This document shows, one piece after another, positions 55,629 through 64,000 of a DNA stretch of 64,000 nucleotides (its first letter is position 1; each line of letters begins with the position of its first letter). Below the pieces are notes generated by a model. The model was given only the letters and a program-made list of their open reading frames with translations, was not told where the DNA came from and ran no database searches. A program made the translations under genes and the position numbers. Origin of the DNA: Eledone cirrhosa (Eukaryota). The stretch spans positions 93,000,001-93,064,000 of the forward strand of contig OZ024746.1 of NCBI GenBank assembly GCA_964016885.1. Direction: 5' to 3'.

Positions 55629-55674
<46 letters not shown>

Positions 55675-56490
55675 CTATATATATATAGTATATATATACT
55701 ATATATATATAGTATATATATACTATATATATATAGTATATATATACTATATATATATAGTATATATATATATATATATATATACTATATATATATAGTA
55801 TATATATAATATATACTATATATATATAGTATATATATATATAGTATATATACTATATATATATAGTATATATATATATAGTATATATATTATATATAGT
55901 ATATATATTATATATATATAGTATATATATTATATATAGTATATATATTATATATATATATATATACTATATATATAGTATATATACTATATATATATAG
56001 TATATATATATATAGTATATATATTATATATATATATATATACTATATATATACTATATATATATAGTATATATATAGTATATGTATATATATATAGTAT
56101 ATATATAGTATATATGTATATATATGTATATATATATATATATATATATAGTATATATATACATACTATATATATATATATATAGTATATATATACATAC
56201 TATATATATATATATATAGTATATATATACATACTATATATATATATATATATAGTATATATATACATACTATATATATATATATATATAGTATATATAT
56301 ACATACTATATATATATATATATATAGTATATATATACATACTATATATATATATATACTATATATATATATATACTATATATATATATATATACTTTAT
56401 ATATATATATACTATATATATATATACTATATATATATATATACTTTATATATATATATACTATATATATATATACTTTATATATATATA

Positions 56491-56563
<73 letters not shown>

Positions 56564-56654
56564 TATATATATTTATATATATATATATATACTATATATA
56601 TATATATATACTATATATATATATATATATATAGTATATATATATAGTATATAT

Positions 56655-56690
<36 letters not shown>

Positions 56691-56734
56691 CTATATATAT
56701 ATATATATATATAGTATATATATATAGTATATAT

Positions 56735-56770
<36 letters not shown>

Positions 56771-56837
56771 GTATATATATATATATATATAGTATATATA
56801 TATAGTATATATATATATATAGTATATATATATAGTA

Positions 56838-56895
<58 letters not shown>

Positions 56896-56918
56896 CTATA
56901 TATATATATATATATATA

Positions 56919-56949
<31 letters not shown>

Positions 56950-57972
56950 CTATATATATATATATATATATATACTATATATATATATATATTACTATAT
57001 ATATATCTATATATATATATATATATATACTATATATATATCTATATATATACTATATATACTATATATATATCTATATATATATATATATATACTATAT
57101 ATATATAGTATATATACTATATATATATATATAGTATATATACTATATATATATACTATATATATATAGTATATATACTATATATATATATACTATATAC
57201 TATATATATATATACTATATATATATATATATATACTATATATATATATATATATACTATATATATATACTATATATATATCTATATATATATATATATT
57301 AACTATATATATATATATATACTATATATATATACTATATATATATCTATATATATATATATATACTATATATATATATATATACTATATATATATAGTA
57401 TATATATATATATACTATATATATATAGTATATATATATATATACTATATATATACTATATCTATATATATATATATATATACTATATCTATATATATAT
57501 ATATATATACTATATATATATATATATATATATATACTATATATATATATATATATACTATATATATATCTATATATATATATATATACTATATATATAT
57601 ATACTATATATATATCTATATATATATATATATACTATATCTATATATATATATATATATACTATATATATATATATATATATACTATATATATATATAT
57701 ATATATATATAGTATATATATATATATACTATATATATATATATATATATAGTATATATATATATATACTATATATATATATATATATATAGTATATATA
57801 TATATATACTATATCTATATATATATATACTATATCTATATATATATATATATATATATACTATATATATATATATATATATATACTATATATATATTAT
57901 ATATATATATATATATATACTATATATATATATATATATATACTATATATATATATATAATATATATATATA

Positions 57973-58008
<36 letters not shown>

Positions 58009-58033
58009 TAATATATATATATATATATATATA

Positions 58034-58071
<38 letters not shown>

Positions 58072-58895
58072 TATATATATACTATATCTATATCTATATA
58101 TATATATACTATATATATTATATATACTATATCTATATCTATATATATATATACTATATATATATATATACTATATATATATATATATAAATAGTATATA
58201 TATATATATACTATATCTATATATAGTATATATATATATATACTATATATATATACTATATCTATATCTATATATATATATACTATATATATATATATAT
58301 ATACTATATATATATATATATACTATATCTATATATAGTATATATATATATATATATACTATATATATATATTATATACTATATATATATATATAGTATA
58401 TATACTATATATATATATACTATATATATATATAGTATATATACTATATATATATATACTATATCTATATATATATATAGTATATATATATATATATATA
58501 TACTATATTATATATATATATATAAATAATATATATACTATATATATATATACTATATATATATCTCTCTCTCTATATATATATATACTATATATATATA
58601 TACTATATCTATATATATATCTATATATACTATATATATATCTCTCTATATATATATATATACTATATATATATATACTATATCTATATATATATACTCT
58701 ATATATATATACTATATCTATATATATATCTATATATACTATATATATATCTATATATATATACTATATCTATATATATATCTATATATACTATATATAT
58801 ATCTATATATATATATATACTATATATATATCTATATATATATATATATCTATATATATATATATATACTATATATATATCTATATATATATATA

Positions 58896-58926
<31 letters not shown>

Positions 58927-59403
58927 CTATATATATATATCTATATATATAGTATATATATCTATATATATAGTATATATATCTATATATATAGTATATA
59001 TATATATATATATAGTATATATATATATATATAGTATATATATATATATATATATACATATATAGTATATATATACTATATATAGTATATATATATATAG
59101 TATATAACATATATAGTATATATATACTATATATAGTATATATATATATAGTATATATACATATATAGTATATATATACTATATATAGTATATATATATA
59201 TAGTATATATACATATATAGTATATATATACTATATATAGTATATATATATATAGTATATATACATATATAGTATATATATACTATATATAGTATATATA
59301 TATATAGTATATATACATATATAGTATATATATACTATATATAGTATATATATATATAGTATATATATATATATATATAGTATATATATATCTATACATA
59401 TAT
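47535..59403. repeat. ~12-kb interrupted (TA)n satellite with local higher-order units and a G-to-C polarity switch
   Basis: TATAGTATA units dominate to ~55330; TATACTATA and TATCTATA units dominate ~56340-58930. Confidence 0.97.
49503..49557 (+). mobile_element. SINE 3'-end fragment embedded in the TA satellite
   Basis: GGCGGTGCCCCAGCATGG..CAGCC..GGCTGAAACAGGTAAAAGA; the same motif occurs near 17392, 35800, 63241 and 63481. Confidence 0.75.
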
Positions 59404-59584
59404 AATGAAAAAACTCTTAAGATTTTTTCATGAAAATTTTCTATGTACTAAATTTATATTTCTTTAAATTTCTTAAACGCTAAAAAAAATAAACAATTCA
59501 ATTAATTTATCACTGTATTATAGGGTTTTTGTAAAGGGTTTTGGTGCCTCATTAAACACACATTTCATTTGTTCACTTTATATA

Positions 59585-59630
<46 letters not shown>

Positions 59631-60319
59631 CTTACATACATATATACTCTGTTATCCATGAATTTTTATTTGAAGATATGTTCTAGCCCAGCAGTTTGCA
59701 ACCAGGGGTCATGTACCCCAAGGGAACCACTTTGAGCTAAATAAAAATTCCAAGTACTTTATTAAAAACATACTATTGGGTCTGTCCCTTCTTTTGATTA
59801 TTGTTCTCACCATATGGCACGGGGAGGGGTTTTATTATAGCGCAGTGGTTCTAGTGAAAGATTCATTTAAATAATAGGGGCCCTTGGTGAAACGTTTGGG
59901 GATCACTTATCTCACTGCTTTCTGCTGACCTTTTACTTGTATATAGAATAAAGTATTTAAGGAAGGTCTTGCTGATGTCAACAGTTGGCACTAATTGTAA
60001 ACAGTAAATTTATTTAATCATTCACTATTGGTTCATTCATATATTGGTTGTTGGTTTGTTTAGTTTATTTTGTAAATACACTTCCATGTATATTTGTGGC
60101 CAGTGAATACAGCAGCATGGCCTAATGGTTAAGGCATTAGCTTCACAATCATGAGATTTAAGGTTTGAATTCAGTGCATGGCATCTTGGACAAGTTTCTT
60201 TTACCATACATAGCCTTGGGTTGACCCAAGACTTGTGATTGAAATTATGTTGAATGAAACTGTGTAGAAGCCCATCAAGGGTTCACATGTATGTGGAATA
60301 CTCAGCCACTTAAACTATG

Positions 60320-60550
60320 ATACAGATGGGCTATACCTGTAATTTAAAGGGCCAGCCTTGTCACAGACTGTGCTAAGCTGAATTGGGCTACACCTGTAAT
60401 TTAAAGGGTTAGCCTTGTCACACTGTGATAAGCTGAATTGGGCTACACCTGTAATTTAAAGGGCCAGCTTTGTCACACTCTGTGATAAGCTGAATTGGGC
60501 TATACCTGTAATTTAAAGGGCCAGCTTTGTCACAGACTGTGATATGCTGA
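60320..60550. repeat. ~56-58-bp tandem repeat (4 copies) in a SINE 3' region
   Basis: CTGAATTGGGCTACACCTGTAATTTAAAGGGCCAGCCTTGTCAC repeats; a similar triplication lies at 6342-6530. Confidence 0.85.
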
Positions 60551-61360
60551 ATATCCTTGAGAATTAGATTGAGGGTAGAGGTGTCTATATATATGCGGCA
60601 AATTGGTTGGGTTATTAGAACAGTAGATAGCATGCTTTGCAGTATTTGTTCCTGTTGAGTTCAAATCCCGAGGTTGATAAAAGAAGTACCAGTTCAGTAC
60701 TTGTGTCAATTCTTCCTCTATATCTCTTTTTCACTTACTTTTTATCTCCCTCTCTCTCCTTTTCTGGAAGAAATCAACTGTGTTCAGACCGGGAAAGGGG
60801 ATGGGCTCCATCAGGAGTTACAGGTCCATACATACAGAGATGTTTGTGTGGAATACTCAGCCACTTACACATTAATTTAACAAGTAGGTTGGACCATTGA
60901 CAGGACACTCATTTTCAAAACTGACTGAGGTCTATTTATCTTGATAGTTTGGATCATGAAGAATAAGGAATAATATTCCTTACAAGAAAACTTATGGAAT
61001 CTTCTAGATTTTATTAGAATTGCAGGAGTTTCCAGTGCAGCAGCTTTCAATTAGATTATTAAGCATGGCTTAGGCACAGCTGGAAACAGTGAGATTAGAC
61101 CAAGGTTAAGGCAAAAGGGTAGATGGTAAACCCTTCATCTAGAACATCACTTACATACTTTCTCCAGCAATAACCTATTAAAATTCAGTTAAAATCCCAG
61201 GTTTTGCTGCCCAACAAGCTGTGATTTTCCAAGTGTGGAAGGCAGCTGCACTGCAAACTGCCATTTATAATTTATTTCATGTCTAATTAAATGGTTCTGT
61301 GGCATTACAAACACAAGATTATTTTCAAATGGTTCAATCATTATCATTTTTTAAAAAGTG

Positions 61361-61755
61361 GTGGATTGGCAGTATCGGTAGAGAGTCAGACGCTATGCTT
61401 TCCAGCATAGAGTTATGGCCCTTGCTATTCTGAGTTCAATTCCCGCCAAGGTTAACTTTGCCTTTCATCCTTATGGGGTCGATAAAATAAAGTACCAGTA
61501 ATGCACTGGGTAATTGCTGGCCTTGTGCCAAAAGTAGAAACAATTATTATTATCAATAATAATAAACCATTCAGGAATCAAACAAAATGCTATGCAGTAT
61601 TTGTGTTCTAGTTCTTGAAGTGTTGAGGTCAACTTTGCCTTTCATCCTTCCGTGGTCAATAAAATAAAGTACCAATCAAGTACTGGGGTCAGTTTAATAA
61701 ACGTCTCTCCTCTCTCCAAATTTCTGACCTTGTGTCTATGTAAGAAATTATTATT
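61361..61755 (+). mobile_element. Two tandem Meta-like SINEs (full short-type 61361-61553; degenerate long-type 61575-61755)
   Basis: The first copy closely matches 2641-2826 and has an (ATT)n tail. Confidence 0.85.
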
Positions 61756-62088
61756 ATAAGTAGATGTTTTCAATTTGTGGACATTTATATAAGATATATT
61801 ACATTTTTCAAGTTAGTTATTCTGCTGTTTATCATTAGCCAGTATGAGGATGTAGCATGGTTAAATGGTTTAGAAGCTTGCTTCACACTCATTAGATCTA
61901 GAGTTCAATCCCACTGCTTGGTGGAATCTTAAGCAAGGGATATATACCATAGTGTTGGGTCAGCCCAAGTCTTATGAGTGAAATTGGGTAGACAGAAACT
62001 GTTTGGAAGCCTATTAAATAGATTTGTACCAGTAATTCAAAGGGCTGACCTATCACACTTTGGTCTAGAATACTCAACCACTTACACT

Positions 62089-62299
62089 ATAATGGTTTCT
62101 GATTTAGGCACAAGGCCAACAGTTTTGAGGAGAGGGGAAGGTCGATTAAATTGACCGCAGTGAGTTACTGGTACTTTATTTTATCGACCTTGTAAGGATG
62201 AAAAGCAAAGCTAACCTTCGCAGGATTTGAACACAGAACGTAAAAGGCCGTAACTCTATGCCGTAAAGCATTTTGTCCGACGCTCTACTGATTACTGCC
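62089..62299 (-). mobile_element. Meta-like tRNA SINE, long subfamily
   Basis: Reverse complement of the 45150-45360 type. Confidence 0.85.
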
Positions 62300-62637
62300 C
62301 TAGCCACTTACACTCTAATACAAAACAAATTACCTGTAATTCATAGGTCCAAACTGGTCCCACAATGTGTCATGCTGAATCTCCCTGAGAATTACATTAA
62401 GTGGAATAATCAGTCACTTGCATGCTATTTTCACAAGCAGGCTCTTCCATCAACTGAAACACTCATCAAAACCAATTCAGGTCTATTCCATTCCACTTGT
62501 TAGTTTAATAATTTTTTAAATTTTTTATTTCCATTTTTTTACCATATTTTTTAATAAAATACATTGCCTATGATTTTCAAATACTTTTAAAAATCATTGA
62601 GAATTAATCATTTTTATTCTTTAGCTAGTGTTTAGAA

Positions 62638-62801
62638 CAGGGATGGGCATCCTTTTTTGAGTATTGTGTTGCATAGAATGTGGCTCATTATAAGGCAGGC
62701 TGCACTACTAAAACATTCAAGACAATTTTGAAATTAGGTATGCCATTCAGAGAGCCAAATGGGCCACATGCAGCTCATGGACCCCAGTTTGTCCATGACT
62801 G
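62638..62801. mobile_element. hAT-type MITE
   Basis: CAGGGATGGGCA ... TGTCCATGACTG termini; inverted homolog of 33007-33170. Confidence 0.7.
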
Positions 62802-63010
62802 GTTTATAGACTGGTATATAGACTACAGTTTGTCCATGACTGGTATATAGACTGGTATATAGACTACAGTTTGTCCATGACTGGTATATAGACTACAGTT
62901 TGTCCATGACTGGTATATAGACTACAGTTTGTCCATGACTGGTATATAGACTACAGTTTGTCCATGACTGGTATATAGACTACAGTTTGTCCATGACTGG
63001 TATATAGACT
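62785..63010. repeat. 29-bp minisatellite (7 copies) made from the MITE terminus plus flank
   Basis: CAGTTTGTCCATGACTG-GTATATAGACTA at 62785, 62826, 62867, 62896, 62925, 62954 and 62983. Confidence 0.95.
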
Positions 63011-64000
63011 TAACAAAGGCTCTAACATACAATCATAATGGAAGGTTTTTTTACAAACATATAAATATTTTAAAACAAAGTTTTGCATCATAAAACCAGA
63101 GGTCTGCTTGGCATCAAAACGGTTAAATTAAAATATAATGGCTCAGCTTTTATTAAAAACAAATAAATTCCTAACAGCAACTTTCCAGCACACACCCCAC
63201 AAAAGTTTTCTTATATTAAAACAAAAAAAAAGTATCTAATAGGTGGTGCCCCAGCATGGCCACAGTCAGTGGACTGAAACAGGTGAAATAATAAAAGAGT
63301 CAATATCATTAGAATAGAGTTAAGTGGAAATAAATTAGAAGTCCTAAGTTCTTTAATATTTACAATGATATCACAAATCAATAGCACCAAATGCCATTCA
63401 GAATATTTTATGGTATTTGTTCTGGCTTTTGCCCTCAATTTTGCCTTTCATCTTTTTGAAATGGAAAATAAAATATCAGTGGCGGTGCCCCAGCATGTCG
63501 GATGAAACATGTAATAGAATAATAGAATTTAAATAACTGTATTGGAGTTGATTCCTCTCACTTTATTGGAAGAAATCGACTGTATTCCAACATAGAGATG
63601 ACCCCTGCCAGGTTTAAATGTTCAAAATACACCGTACCGTGTATTATAATACTGCCGCTACGGTTCCATAAAAAAATAAAAGGTTCATGGATAGAAATTA
63701 AGATATTTCTAATGTCACCCCCACACACACACTTAGTTGCTGTTGGAACTCATTTTTAGCTGAATGTACTGAAGTAATGTGTGAAATGAAGTGTCTTGCT
63801 CAAGGACACAACACATCACAACCTTATGATTAGGAACCTAACACTAACCACTAAGCCACACTACTTCACATAAGTGATACACACATAAAATTGACATGGA
63901 AACACATATACTATAAAATATATCACTCTTTTCCCCTTGGTTCTCACAATTTAATTTATGAAGACATAAATCTTCTAAATGTTGTTTTGGTGTTTGTGTT

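Noticed and set aside
48822-59110. ORFs in the TA satellite
   Set aside because: Low-complexity artefacts.

Overview
AT-rich, repeat-saturated eukaryotic DNA. The tRNA-derived SINEs, RTE LINE remnants, Helitrons, TTAA MITEs and dense microsatellites resemble an octopod cephalopod genome; this is inferred from repeat character, not a database search. None of the supplied ORFs is a credible full gene: they are microsatellite translations or retroelement debris. Three tiny + strand exons with canonical splice signals (11307-11368, 16134-16175, 39769-39810) join in frame into a protein C-terminus, x-LSGLPFHLAFEFIVCIHLSQ|KMLENPKQPPAVVE|EFVVQLLKQASTL*. This may be the end of a RUN-domain (RUSC-like) protein and finishes in a PDZ-binding-type motif. 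A probable 3' UTR follows. The introns and UTR hold several fold-back hairpins, including a 91-bp-arm palindrome. They also hold TE-derived minisatellites, nested piggyBac-type MITEs, a bipartite RTE element with a structured 5' end and a degenerate hammerhead-like motif. A ~12-kb interrupted (TA)n array with a strand-polarity flip spans 47.5-59.4 kb, and there is a 200-N gap at 19813-20012. I found no convincing new multi-gene system; the best leads are structural and RNA-level.
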